A stretch of DNA of 48,000 nt from Cyanobacteria bacterium J06648_16 (GTDB taxonomy: Bacteria > Cyanobacteriota > Cyanobacteriia > Phormidesmidales > Phormidesmidaceae): assembly GCA_039817185.1 (NCBI GenBank), contig JBCBWI010000008.1, forward strand, positions 33,335 through 81,334, read 5' to 3'. Shown piece by piece: positions 26,880-36,851 of this stretch. Both the position numbers and the translations under genes were made by a program. How positions within the stretch are numbered: the first letter of the stretch is position 1; the number at the start of each line of letters is the position of its first letter. The notes under the pieces were generated by a model. The model did no database searches. It worked only from the letters and a program-made list of their open reading frames with translations, and was not told the DNA's origin.

Positions 26880-28163
26880 TTAGCCCTTGATCAAGTTGGC
26901 AACAAATGTCGGTAAACAAAAAGCCGCCTGGTGAATGCCGCTATTGTAATACTGCAGGTCGAAGGCCGAGGCCACCTCGCAGGACCGCGCCTCATCGAGG
27001 TCGCTGATAGGATGCCGCCCATCTTTAGCACAGTAGGCAAAACTCCACATGCCCGTCGGGTAGGTGGGAATAAACACCAAATAGCTGAAGACCGCTGCCG
27101 GATCAAAGATTTGCCGCAGGCACTTGTTGAGGTCGACAAATGCGCCCTGATTAAAATGGGGCGACTCACTCTGGGCCGTCATGACACCGCCTGGGCGCAG
27201 ACAGCGATACACGTCGCTGTAAAAGCTTTTACTAAATAGCCCTTCCGAAGGACCCACCGGGTCTGAAGAGTCAATCACAATCAGATCAAAACTCTCTGCC
27301 GATGTGTTCTTTAGATACTCGATGCCATCGTCAATAATTAGGTTGAGTTTGGGATGATCAAACGAAGCCGACAATGACGGCAAAAACGCTTTAGATGCCC
27401 GCACTACGGCTTCATCAATTTCCACCATAGTGACCGTTTCGACCGTTTCGTATCGCAAAATCTCGCGAATACTACCCCCATCGCCGCCGCCAATCACAAG
27501 CACGTCCTTGACCTGGGGATTCACCACCATCGGGACGTGAATAATCATCTCGTGATAGGCCTTTTCGTCCTTTTCCGTACACATCACCATCTTGTCAACG
27601 GTGAGCATCTTGCCGTATTTGAACGTATCGAAAATCTCGACCAGCTGATAAGGAGATTTTTCTTTAAAGAGGCTATTTCCCCTATGGCGGATAGACAGCG
27701 CCGTGTCTTCGTCTCGATCGGTAAACCAGACGCTGCGGCTGTACTTGGGCGTTGTTAGTTTTTGGGTCGCTTGGTCACGCAGCTCGCCCAAGTCGATATC
27801 GGTTTTTTCCAACAGCTCTAGCTGTCCGCGATTGATCTCGACCGCCGAACCGTGGGCAGCTTCGAAGGCCGTCTTTAAAAGTTCATAGGAAACCCAGGGA
27901 GAGACTGAATATCCACAGGTAAACAGGTCAACGGCAGCATAGCGATACTCGGGCCAGGTATGAATCGCCAGATGACTTTCTTGAATGACCACGACGCCCG
28001 ACACGCCGAAGGGAGAAAAGTGGTGAAAGACTGAGCTGATAATTGTGGCGCCTGATTCTTTCGCCGCGTTGACCATGCTCGACTCAATCCGAGGTACGTC
28101 GTTGAGAATTTCAGCAGAGCAACCGTGAAACTCGACTAGAATATGCCGACCTAAAGATTTCAT
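26880..28163 (-). CDS. Fusion protein: S-adenosylmethionine decarboxylase proenzyme plus spermidine synthase (aminopropyltransferase)
   Basis: The N-terminal approximately 125 aa read [11 protein letters not shown]...[15 protein letters not shown]...VDLFTCG, a SpeD/SpeH self-processing ES site. The C-terminal approximately 285 aa carry [10 protein letters not shown] and [14 protein letters not shown] (SpeE). Confidence 0.85.
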   Translation of the reverse strand: MKSLGRHILVEFHGCSAEILNDVPRIESSMVNAAKESGATIISSVFHHFSPFGVSGVVVIQESHLAIHTWPEYRYAAVDLFTCGYSVSPWVSYELLKTAFEAAHGSAVEINRGQLELLEKTDIDLGELRDQATQKLTTPKYSRSVWFTDRDEDTALSIRHRGNSLFKEKSPYQLVEIFDTFKYGKMLTVDKMVMCTEKDEKAYHEMIIHVPMVVNPQVKDVLVIGGGDGGSIREILRYETVETVTMVEIDEAVVRASKAFLPSLSASFDHPKLNLIIDDGIEYLKNTSAESFDLIVIDSSDPVGPSEGLFSKSFYSDVYRCLRPGGVMTAQSESPHFNQGAFVDLNKCLRQIFDPAAVFSYLVFIPTYPTGMWSFAYCAKDGRHPISDLDEARSCEVASAFDLQYYNSGIHQAAFCLPTFVANLIKG

Positions 28164-28685
28164 AGGTTCTATCCTTAAAAATTGACAAAATACTGAAGCT
28201 GTGGTCTTGAACCCAGCAGCGGATTGTGTCCGCTTGGGGCGACCTAAACTGAGTCATCGATTTAAGCAGGGACAGGTTCACGCCCGAGGATGCCCAAACT
28301 GAGTGAGAACGCCGTACATCAAAACAAGGAACACTCCCAAATCATCGGGAGAAACGATGACGGTCATCGTTTTCATTCAGAGCCTTTGACGGACAATCCT
28401 AAAAAATCGGGACCAGATTAAGCGGTAGATCAGCCGCAGTGCTTTAGTTGCCAAGGGATATTCAAGCTACAAAACCGGCCTACACAGTGTACGCCACCAC
28501 CTGCAACCCGCTCGCGTTGGTTAGGTCCCGTTGTTACAACCCTTCACGCAGCCAACCGTTGGCCAAAGACACTGAATAGTCTTATTCCCCAAGTACAGGG
28601 GCTCGCACTTGTGACTCAGGTCTGCGCGCCGCAATGTTCGCTTATCGAGCGGTCGAAGCGATTCGACATCGAAGCGGTCGTGGCC

Positions 28686-29696
28686 TTATTGGCCCAGCTT
28701 ATTCAGCGGCAGTTCGGTGGCGGCGGTACCTTGCTTGTACTCCACCTCTAGACCCGGCAACCCTTCTAAGTCTTCGGACTTGTTGATCAAAGCGTGTTTG
28801 GGAACGACTAGCCGGAGCCCTTTGGGAACGCAAACAACTTCTACGGGCGTCTCACCGCAGAGCTCGCCATCAAGTACGACCTTTTGAGGCGGATCGGTCG
28901 CGATCGTGACCGATTCGCTCCGAATAAAGCCCACGTCGTCGCGCTGGGTCGCTTCGCCGCTCATCGCCGAGCGCAGCAGCTCGTACGAGGCGGCAATTGT
29001 GCTTCCCACACCCGCAGGGGCAAAAATAGTGATGTCTAGTAAGCCGTCATCGGCAGAAACCCTTGCAGGTCCCTGGGCCAGAATCGATGTGGGGGGAGCC
29101 ATATTCGCAACCGTGATAGCAGCAGCCTGAACCGAAATGACCTTGTCTTTGGTTTCCAGCGTGACATCAAAGGAGGGGAGATCGCTTAGCTGCTGAAGAC
29201 CAGCCATAATGTAGGCCAGTACGCCTAGCCGATCTTTACGTTCGCGGGGCACGTTTTCGATAACGTCTGCTTCTAGACCGATCCCCGCCAGCAGCACCAT
29301 CGGGCGACCATTACACCGAGCCGTATCCACGTCTCGAACGTCACCGTCAAGGATCACTTGACAGGCCTGGTCTAAATCGGTAGAGATGCCAAGACAGGAG
29401 GCAACGGCATTGGCCGTGCCCCTAGGAATGATCGCAAGGGGGACAGGCGACTGAATCATTGCCTCGGCGGCAGCGTTGATCGTGCCGTCCCCTCCAGATA
29501 CCACAACCAGGTCGACGCCTTGCTCAACCGACTGGGCAGCAAGGGTATTGGCATCGCGCTCGGGGGAGGTCTCAAAAACCGTGAGTTCAAAGGCGGGTTC
29601 AAGGTGCGATCGCACCTGCGCCAAATCCAGCTCAGCATTGCCCTGGCCAGAAACCGGATTGAAAATGAGATGGACGTTGGGGCGCATGGAGACCAT
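28686..29696 (-). CDS. Diacylglycerol-kinase-family lipid kinase (YegS-like)
   Basis: Motifs HLIFNPVSGQG, VVVSGGDGTINAAAE and IIPRGTANA. Confidence 0.8.
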   Translation of the reverse strand: MVSMRPNVHLIFNPVSGQGNAELDLAQVRSHLEPAFELTVFETSPERDANTLAAQSVEQGVDLVVVSGGDGTINAAAEAMIQSPVPLAIIPRGTANAVASCLGISTDLDQACQVILDGDVRDVDTARCNGRPMVLLAGIGLEADVIENVPRERKDRLGVLAYIMAGLQQLSDLPSFDVTLETKDKVISVQAAAITVANMAPPTSILAQGPARVSADDGLLDITIFAPAGVGSTIAASYELLRSAMSGEATQRDDVGFIRSESVTIATDPPQKVVLDGELCGETPVEVVCVPKGLRLVVPKHALINKSEDLEGLPGLEVEYKQGTAATELPLNKLGQ

Positions 29697-30226
29697 TTTG
29701 GGAGAGTAGAGCCATTAAACCAAAGAGACGAATGGGGGGGAACGTCCGTTGGGCAGAGCCTCGGACCGAGCCTCTGCTCTACAGGGCATAAAATCGCTGA
29801 AGTTCGTCCACTTCCTCAACCCCGAAGCCATTGCGGCGTATCTACAGCAAGAAACGACCGAGATAGTGGCTTACCCCAATCGGCGTCAGGTCGAATCGCT
29901 GGCAGCGAGCACCGACCGGGTAACGGTCAGTGGAGCGGTCAAGACAATCGCGGGCACGGATTCCGTGCAGCCTGATCACGTGCTTTAAATCCGAAGACGG
30001 GTGGAATGAGTAAACCCTAGAGAAGGGATATCGACAACGCATCCGTACCCCAGAATGCCGAGTCATTTGCCTCCCCACCGTAGTGCCCTATGCTTAAAAT
30101 GCAGAAATACTTTGTGCCCTAACTTTACACCCTGAAGAGAGGGAAACAAAGCTGTGCAATCCTCTAGATCAGACTTAGCCCCAATCAATCTAGCGTACGG
30201 CGCGACACATGGCTCGTTCTTGATAT

Positions 30227-30790
30227 ATGGCTCGTTTTTCCAGTGATACTCCTGACATTGATCTGGTTCGAAGTCTGAGAGCCGGTGACCGAGCAGCACT
30301 GACGCTACTCTACGACCGCTATGCAGGTTTGGTATACACGGTTGCCATCCGGCTATTAAAACAACCTACCGAAGCTGAAGATTTAGTGCAGGAAATTTTT
30401 CTCAACTTCTGGAAGCAGGAAAAATACGATCCGACAAGAGCCGCACTGAGTACCTACCTAGGTTTGATCACGCGATCCAGAGCCCTCAGCCGTTTGTCCA
30501 AACGTAGCAGCCAACAACGGTCTCTTCAGCGACTCAAGCAGCAGCCTTTGCTCAACCGCAGTTCGACACCGCTAGAAAATGCGTCCAGGTTGGAGCAGCA
30601 CGAAGCCGTCAAACAGGCCCTATCCAAGCTCAAAACACAACAGCGCCAGATCCTAGAAATGAACTTTTATCAGGGCATGCCCCATGCAGCAATTGCCCGT
30701 CAGCTGAACATTCCTTTAGGTACGGTCAAAACTCGCGCTCGTAAGGGTTTGATAGAACTAAGGCAGCAGTTGGGGAGTGCGGTCGAATGA
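30227..30790 (+). CDS. ECF-type RNA polymerase sigma-70 factor
   Basis: Region 2 reads LYDRYAGLVYTVAIRLL...AEDLVQEIFLNFW. Region 4 HTH reads MPHAAIARQLNIPLGTVKTRARKGL. Confidence 0.85.
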   Translation: MARFSSDTPDIDLVRSLRAGDRAALTLLYDRYAGLVYTVAIRLLKQPTEAEDLVQEIFLNFWKQEKYDPTRAALSTYLGLITRSRALSRLSKRSSQQRSLQRLKQQPLLNRSSTPLENASRLEQHEAVKQALSKLKTQQRQILEMNFYQGMPHAAIARQLNIPLGTVKTRARKGLIELRQQLGSAVE

Positions 30791-31560
30791 ATGAAAGTAA
30801 CCTGTCTGATTCACTTTCAAATGATGAAAAAATGCTGGCTGCAGGCTACGTTCTAGGCGATTTGACTGCAGAAGAGAGCCTGAAGCTAGACCAGCTTGCC
30901 GCTGAAAACCCCGACATCTGGCGAGAGATTCACGCGCTCCAAGCCAGCTATGCACTGTTGCCAGCCGCCCTATCGGTGGTCCCCTCCCCGGAACATCTAC
31001 GGGATACAATTGCTCAACCGTCCGCTGCTCAACGCGCTTCTATCCGTCGTCCCAACTCTCAGCCTGCAGCAGTAGCCGCTCTCACTCGACGCTGGCTGCC
31101 AATGACCATTGTTGGCCTAGCAACCCTGACTATCCTGGCACTGGCTGCAGATAACTTTCGGCTCCGCTATCGGCTTGCTCAGGAAGCCATGCCCGAACAG
31201 GTTGCGTCGATTCTACAGCAGCCCAACAGTCGCCTCATTGCACTCACCGACGATAGCAGTGATGCGGCCGGGACTCTGCTGTTTACACCCGGCAATTGGC
31301 AAGAAGTCGTTGTATCTCTGGGAGATTTACCCCCCCAGCCCCCTGACCAAGTTTATCGAATGTGGTTAGCCCTTGAAAACGGTGATGTGATTTACTGCGG
31401 CGAATTCAACACCCGTGCTGACGGTTCAGTCTTTATTCGATTTACCCCCCCAGAGACCCCTCCGAAGGGCACGAAGGCAACCGAAATTTTTGTGACGATC
31501 GATGCCAGCAATGGCATTCCAAATCATTCCGGGGAGCGCGTCATCGCAGGCAGCATCTAA
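30787..31560 (+). CDS. Anti-sigma factor (RskA-like, single TM)
   Basis: A 4-nt ATGA overlap with the sigma gene, a central TM segment (LPMTIVGLATLTILALAA) and a C-terminal VYRMWLALENG segment typical of RskA-like domains. Confidence 0.65.
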   Translation: MNESNLSDSLSNDEKMLAAGYVLGDLTAEESLKLDQLAAENPDIWREIHALQASYALLPAALSVVPSPEHLRDTIAQPSAAQRASIRRPNSQPAAVAALTRRWLPMTIVGLATLTILALAADNFRLRYRLAQEAMPEQVASILQQPNSRLIALTDDSSDAAGTLLFTPGNWQEVVVSLGDLPPQPPDQVYRMWLALENGDVIYCGEFNTRADGSVFIRFTPPETPPKGTKATEIFVTIDASNGIPNHSGERVIAGSI

Positions 31561-31668
31561 AAAAGCAGGACGATCGTTGTGGCAGAGCCTTCCTCAATGG
31601 CAAGGCAGGCAAGCCATTTAAGCTTGATTCTGTCATACAGTACAAGAGGCCGTTCACTAGAAGCTCTG

Positions 31669-33135
31669 ATGACAAAAAAAGTTGTTGTGGTTGGCGCGGG
31701 CTGGGCCGGACTCAGCGCAACCTACCATCTTGCCAAGCAGGGCTATAACGTCACTCTGCTTGAAGCAGGTCCGCAGCCCGGCGGGCTAGTGGCCGGTTGG
31801 AAGACAGCAGGCGGGCGCTCGGTTGAAGCCGGTATTCACGGGTTCTGGTATCCCTACAACAATATTTTCTCCCTGGTAGACGAGCTGGGCATTCAACCAT
31901 TTACGCCCTATACCCGCTCGTCTCAGTATTCCCCGGCGGGGCTAGAGGTAGAATCGCCCCTGTTCCAGCATGAGCCCTATCTACCGAGTCCTTTGGGCAC
32001 CTTTGTCCACACTCGATTCAAACGGCTACCGCTAGCCGATCGGCTCACTGCCCTGCCTTTACTCTATGCCGTCATCGACTTTGACAATTCCGACGACGCC
32101 TGGAAGCGCTACGACAAAGTGACCGCTAGAGAGCTATTCAGACAGTTCGGGGTATCTGAGCGGCTGTATAAAGAATCTTTTGAACCAATGCTGTTGGTTG
32201 GGCTATTCGCGCCCGGTGAGCAATGTTCAGCGGCTGCAGCATTGGGCATGCTGTACTACTTTATCCTGGCGCACCAGCCAGACTTTGACGTGCGCTGGTG
32301 TCGAGGAACAACCGGAGAGATGATCTTTCGCCCCTGGATTGAGCGGATTAAAAGAGCAGGCGGATGCGTACTGGCGAATAAGCGCGTTTCTGATGTACGA
32401 ACAGATGAGAACAATACCGTCACCGGTGTTGTCTGCGATGACGAGGTCTTCGATGCTGACGCCGTGATCTTTTCGGTCGGCATCACTGGAATAAAAAAAA
32501 TCGTTGCCGGTAGCGCTACACTGCGGCAGCGGTCTGAATTTTACAACCTCAGTAATCTGGGCGCGGTCGATGTGCTGGCCACACGCCTGTGGTTCGACAG
32601 AAAAGTCGAGGTGCCCTTGCCATCCAATGCCTGCTTCGGCTTTCACCCCACGACCGGTTGGACTTTCTTTGACCTGAATGCACTACACGACGAGTACGCG
32701 AGCGAACCGGGCAGCGTTATCGAAGTGGACTATTACCATGCCGATCAGTTCTTACCTCTGGACGATGACCAGATTCTGCCGCAGGTACAGAGTAACCTTG
32801 CCGGTTGCCTACCGGCTTTTGCCGATGCCAAGATCGTCGATGCCAGCGTCATCCGCTTGCCTCAGGCAGTAAGTCATTTTTCCCCCGGTAGCTATCAGTA
32901 TTTGCTGCCAGGAACAACCTGCTTTAGCAACGTATTTATGAGCGGTGACTGGGTTGTCAACCGCCACGGGTCTTGGTCACAGGAGAAAGCCTATGTAACC
33001 GGTTTAGAAGCGGCAAACCGCGTTATCGCTCTGTTAGGTCAGGGAACTCGGGCCGACATCATTCCAGTTGTCCCCGATGAACCGCACATTCAGATAGCAC
33101 GGCAAATAAACCGAGCGTTGAGATCATTCAGCTGA
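31669..33135 (+). CDS. FAD-dependent oxidoreductase (amine oxidase / phytoene desaturase superfamily)
   Basis: Dinucleotide-binding motif KKVVVVGAGWAGLSATYHLAKQGYNVTLLEAGPQPGG. The ATG at 31669 is preferred over the upstream GTG at 31579. Confidence 0.75.
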   Translation: MTKKVVVVGAGWAGLSATYHLAKQGYNVTLLEAGPQPGGLVAGWKTAGGRSVEAGIHGFWYPYNNIFSLVDELGIQPFTPYTRSSQYSPAGLEVESPLFQHEPYLPSPLGTFVHTRFKRLPLADRLTALPLLYAVIDFDNSDDAWKRYDKVTARELFRQFGVSERLYKESFEPMLLVGLFAPGEQCSAAAALGMLYYFILAHQPDFDVRWCRGTTGEMIFRPWIERIKRAGGCVLANKRVSDVRTDENNTVTGVVCDDEVFDADAVIFSVGITGIKKIVAGSATLRQRSEFYNLSNLGAVDVLATRLWFDRKVEVPLPSNACFGFHPTTGWTFFDLNALHDEYASEPGSVIEVDYYHADQFLPLDDDQILPQVQSNLAGCLPAFADAKIVDASVIRLPQAVSHFSPGSYQYLLPGTTCFSNVFMSGDWVVNRHGSWSQEKAYVTGLEAANRVIALLGQGTRADIIPVVPDEPHIQIARQINRALRSFS

Positions 33136-33187
33136 GGCGACACCAGCCTACCTCAGCCCAGCTTACCTCAGCCCATTGAAAATAAAG

Positions 33188-33261
33188 GGCGAACGAGGGG
33201 ATTCGAACCCCCGAATGGTGGAACCACAATCCACTGCCTTAACCACTTGGCTACGCTCGCC
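33188..33261 (-). tRNA. tRNA-His (anticodon GTG) with genome-encoded G-1 and no encoded CCA
   Basis: The reverse complement folds by hand into a cloverleaf. The parts are G-1, acceptor GCGAGCG/CGTTCGC, anticodon arm GTGGA-TTGTGGT-TCCAC, T arm GGGGG-TTCGAAT-CCCCT and discriminator C. Confidence 0.9.
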
Positions 33262-33739
33262 GTATTGGGTCCCCAATTATACCATTTTGCTTTTCATTAC
33301 AGCCAGGTCGAAGCGGCTTTTGATCAATCCTCAAATAGGCGATCAACTTCAGTGTAGACAGCGATAGAAATGGGCTTACTAGAATAAAACCACCCGCTAA
33401 GGTGAGAGCCTAAAATCTTTTAAGGGTGTTAGTGTATCAAGACGCACTTGTCTAGGGCGTATCCGCTGAAAGAATGCAAGGCAACGAACATGAGGGCTGA
33501 CAATACAGACTGATAGTACGGTCAAACGACACGGCAGTTCGCTTGCGTTCATTGACTCTGATCGCCCTTGTAGTCAGACACCATCGCCCTTGCAGATGTT
33601 ATGAAAAGCTCAAAACCTGGGGGTAAGGCCCCCTTTAAAGCAGCTTTTGCTACATATATTCTTTACAGAAACCTTGAATAATTAGGTGCAGAGTACGGCC
33701 TCGCCAGACCTTTTGCCTTAAGTATAAAACTGTCGCCCG

Positions 33740-34624
33740 GTGTATCATTTGGAACCTTCCACAGTGTCTACAGCCTATCTTTTAATTGCCCATGGCAGTC
33801 GCGATCCGCGTCCCCAGGCGGCAATGAATCGCCTGGCCCAGCTGGTGCGAGAAAAGCTGTCTCAGGAGCAATCTCACCGACCTGTCATGGCGTCCAATGC
33901 GCTGCGGCCACTCAATCGGTCTCCGCTCAATGCCTCAGCTTGGGGGGCATCAGCTTCGCCCTTTACGACCCCATCGGTAACGACTACACTGCCAAGACCT
34001 GAGCCGTCTGTCCTGAGTCCTGCAGCAATCGTGGGGACAGCCGTTTTAGAATGTGGTCCACTCTCGCTGAAACAGCAGATCTGCGAGTTTGGCAATCGTG
34101 TTAAGGCGGCAGGGATTCAGCAATTGAAGCTAGTTCCCATCTTTTTAATGGCGGGCGTTCACGTGGTAGACGACATTCCTGCAGAGGTATCGGCAGCCCA
34201 ACAGCAGCTGGGCAGTGAGCTCAAACTGAGCCTGTGTGATCATTTAGGCAGTCAACCTGGGCTCAAGCAGCTGCTACAGGATCGGCTAGCCTTACTGCCT
34301 CGCCAAGGGCAGCTCCTAGTTGCTCACGGTAGCCGAAAGCGGCACGGCAACCGGGCAGTAGAGGCCGTCGCCAAACGCTTAGGCACAGCCATTGCTTACT
34401 GGTCAATACCGCCGGATATTGAATCCCAGGTGGTCATGCTCATGCAGCAAGGCGCACAAACCGTGACTATTTTGCCCTACTTCCTGTTTCCAGGCGGTAT
34501 CACTGATGCAGTCGCCCACCGAACAGAGGAGTTGGCAGAGCGCTTTCCTAAGGTCAAATTTCGCCTGCTACCTCCCTTAGGCGCCTCTTCTCGCTTGGCT
34601 GATATCATCGTTGACTTCATTTAG
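33740..34624 (+). CDS. cbiX: Sirohydrochlorin chelatase (CbiX-type, two-lobed)
   Basis: Two lobes, each with an HGSR motif (LLIAHGSRDP and LLVAHGSRKRHG). Also PIFLMAGVHVVDDIP and PYFLFPGGITD. Confidence 0.75.
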   Translation: MYHLEPSTVSTAYLLIAHGSRDPRPQAAMNRLAQLVREKLSQEQSHRPVMASNALRPLNRSPLNASAWGASASPFTTPSVTTTLPRPEPSVLSPAAIVGTAVLECGPLSLKQQICEFGNRVKAAGIQQLKLVPIFLMAGVHVVDDIPAEVSAAQQQLGSELKLSLCDHLGSQPGLKQLLQDRLALLPRQGQLLVAHGSRKRHGNRAVEAVAKRLGTAIAYWSIPPDIESQVVMLMQQGAQTVTILPYFLFPGGITDAVAHRTEELAERFPKVKFRLLPPLGASSRLADIIVDFI

Positions 34625-34755
34625 AAACCGTAGCCTCCGCAGCAAACGTCGTCCAGCATTGTTGTTTAAATAGCAAAGCAGTCCCCGGGTGTCCTAGGAT
34701 AACGGGTACTGCTTTGATAGCCAGAACCAGCCCAGGGTATTGTGCTCGCCATCCG

Positions 34756-34833
34756 GTCAAGGACGCTGAGGGCGCTGCCATGTCAAGGACGCTGAGGGCG
34801 CTGCCATGTCAAGGACGCTGAGGGCGCTGCCAT
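34756..34833. repeat. Three perfect tandem copies of a 26-bp unit (gtcaaggacgctgagggcgctgccat)
   Basis: Direct reading: units at 34756-34781, 34782-34807 and 34808-34833. The array is intergenic between cbiX and cobA. Confidence 0.95.
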
Positions 34834-34919
34834 TGAGGGATACCGTTTTATACCGAGATCCCCCCGGAATGGTAACGATGGCTGGCTAGCTTACAGTCGT
34901 TACAGCTTTCTGGGCAAAT

Positions 34920-35723
34920 ATGGCGTCTAACGTTGGTATGGGTCGCACTGGCAAAGTTTATCTTGTAGGGGCAGGTCCCGGTGACCCGGGTTTGCTCACA
35001 ATCAAGGCCAAGGGACTGCTGGAGGGAGCGGATGTCGTCGTTTATGACGCGCTGGTCAGTCCACCTATACTGGCAATGATCAATCCCCAGGCCCATCGGA
35101 TCGAGGCCGGTAAACGACGGGGACGACACTCACTGAGTCAGTTAGATATTAATCAGTTGCTGCTCGATCAGGCGCGCCAGCACGGTACGGTGGTGCGGCT
35201 TAAGGGCGGTGACCCATTTGTATTTGGTCGAGGCGGAGAAGAAATGGCTGCGCTGCTCGAAGCCGGGGTGGAGGTCGAGGTCGTGCCAGGGATTACGGCT
35301 GGCATTGCGGCACCTGCCTATGCGGGTATCCCCGTGACGCATCGGCAATACAGCTCCTCGGTAACGTTTGTAACGGGTCACGAGGCGACGGGAAAGTACC
35401 GGCCTGAGGTAAACTGGGCAGCGTTGGCCCAAGGCTCAGAAACGATTGTGATCTACATGGGGGTTCACAACTTGCGTAACATTGTGACATCCCTGATGGC
35501 GGGCGGTCAGCCAAACAGTACGGCCATTGCGCTAATTCGCTGGGGCACCCGACCTGAGCAGCAGATGCTGACAGGAACGCTAGCGACGATCGTCGAGCGG
35601 GTTGAGCAGCAAAATTTTCAGGCCCCTGCGATCGCAATCATCGGTCGTGTGGTCGAACTTCATCCCCACCTGATGCCTGGCTCCCCCACTCAATCTTCAC
35701 ACTGGCCTAGCATCACAGGCTAG
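34920..35723 (+). CDS. cobA: Uroporphyrinogen-III C-methyltransferase
   Basis: Motifs VYLVGAGPGDPGLLTIKA, VVYDALV, RLKGGDPFVFGRGGEE and VPGITAG. Confidence 0.9.
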   Translation: MASNVGMGRTGKVYLVGAGPGDPGLLTIKAKGLLEGADVVVYDALVSPPILAMINPQAHRIEAGKRRGRHSLSQLDINQLLLDQARQHGTVVRLKGGDPFVFGRGGEEMAALLEAGVEVEVVPGITAGIAAPAYAGIPVTHRQYSSSVTFVTGHEATGKYRPEVNWAALAQGSETIVIYMGVHNLRNIVTSLMAGGQPNSTAIALIRWGTRPEQQMLTGTLATIVERVEQQNFQAPAIAIIGRVVELHPHLMPGSPTQSSHWPSITG

Positions 35724-35735
35724 CAACACGTATCC

Positions 35736-36734
35736 GTGGCAGACGACTTCTATTCCTATAGCGATTCGTCTGACGAGCCAGACCTATTCGAACGCGAGCA
35801 GGCCATCGATCTGAAGGTCGACACTGATAGCCCCATTAGGATCGATCGCTGGCTGGCCGACCAGCTGCCTCAGCTTTCCCGCAACCGAATCCAAAAACTG
35901 ATTGAACAGCAGGCAGTCCAGGTCAATGGCGTTCCCTGTCCGACCAAGAAGGCCATACTGTCAGCCGGCGACCAGGTCCATGTCCGGGTACCGACGCCCA
36001 TCCCTCTGGCACTGGAACCAGAACCAATCCCGCTCGATGTTCTGTATGAAGACGATGCCCTGATTATCCTTAACAAGCCGGCTGGGATGGTGGTCCATCC
36101 AGCCCCCGGCCATGCCAAAGGCACCCTCGTCAACGCGCTACTGTATCACTGTGGAGACAGCCTAACCGGCGTAGGCGGGGTGTACCGTCCCGGCATTGTT
36201 CACCGGCTCGATAAGGACACCACCGGTGCCATCGTCGTGGCCAAAACGGAAACGGCCCTACATCACCTACAAAATCAAATTCGGGCGAAAACGGCACGCC
36301 GAGAGTATATCGGCCTGGTATACGGTGCGCCGCGTGAGCCCTCAGGGGTCATCGATCAGCCCATCGGACGGCACCCTAAAGATCGCAAAAAAATGGCGGT
36401 GGTTGATATCGCCAAAGGTCGTCAGGCCGTGACCCACTGGCAACTTGGTGAACGGTTGGGTAACTATTCACTACTGCACTACCAGCTAGAAACTGGACGC
36501 ACCCACCAAATCCGCGTACATAGCGCATTCATGGGGCACCCCATCCTAGGGGATGCGACCTACGGATCGGGTCGATCGACAGGCGTTAACCTGACCGGCC
36601 AAGCACTGCATGCGATTCGGCTCACCCTGATCCATCCGGTGACGGGCGTTGCGATCGCAGCTGAAGCGCCCCTCCCCGAAGACTTTTCCAAGCTGTTGCG
36701 ACGGCTACGGCAGCGATCGCAAGCGCCCCCCTAG
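35736..36734 (+). CDS. rluD: RluA/RluD-family pseudouridine synthase
   Basis: An S4-like N-terminus (RIDRWLA), the catalytic HRLDKDTTG, and GRTHQIRVH. Confidence 0.88.
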   Translation: MADDFYSYSDSSDEPDLFEREQAIDLKVDTDSPIRIDRWLADQLPQLSRNRIQKLIEQQAVQVNGVPCPTKKAILSAGDQVHVRVPTPIPLALEPEPIPLDVLYEDDALIILNKPAGMVVHPAPGHAKGTLVNALLYHCGDSLTGVGGVYRPGIVHRLDKDTTGAIVVAKTETALHHLQNQIRAKTARREYIGLVYGAPREPSGVIDQPIGRHPKDRKKMAVVDIAKGRQAVTHWQLGERLGNYSLLHYQLETGRTHQIRVHSAFMGHPILGDATYGSGRSTGVNLTGQALHAIRLTLIHPVTGVAIAAEAPLPEDFSKLLRRLRQRSQAPP

Positions 36735-36780
36735 CCTAGAAGAACGGCTGGCAAGCGCCTGCGCGAAAATAGGCTTAAAA

Positions 36781-36810
36781 CACGGGGATAGGCATGACCT
36801 ATCCCCGTGT
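36781..36810. terminator. Probable bidirectional rho-independent terminator between the convergent rluD and cpcG genes
   Basis: cacggggatagg-catga-cctatccccgtg is a perfect 12-bp stem. It is flanked by aaaa on one side and by ttgagtcgttatttt on the other, so the minus-strand transcript sees tttt after the stem. Confidence 0.6.
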
Positions 36811-36851
36811 TGAGTCGTTATTTTGAGGCTGTTCGAATAGGCCTCTAGCGC

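Noticed and set aside
29520-29988. Two overlapping plus-strand ORFs (151 aa and 79 aa) between the lipid-kinase and sigma-factor genes
   Set aside because: The 5' part is antisense to the lipid-kinase gene and neither has a recognisable motif. The 79-aa frame ends ...VTVSGAVKTIAGTDSVQPDHVL, which vaguely resembles the tail of an FAD oxidoreductase and could be a gene remnant. I cannot support a call.
33176-33367. A 63-aa plus-strand ORF
   Set aside because: It is antisense to a well-folding tRNA-His at 33188-33261.
34756-34833. Possible CRISPR array
   Set aside because: The three 26-bp units are directly abutting with no spacers, and there are no cas genes in the window.
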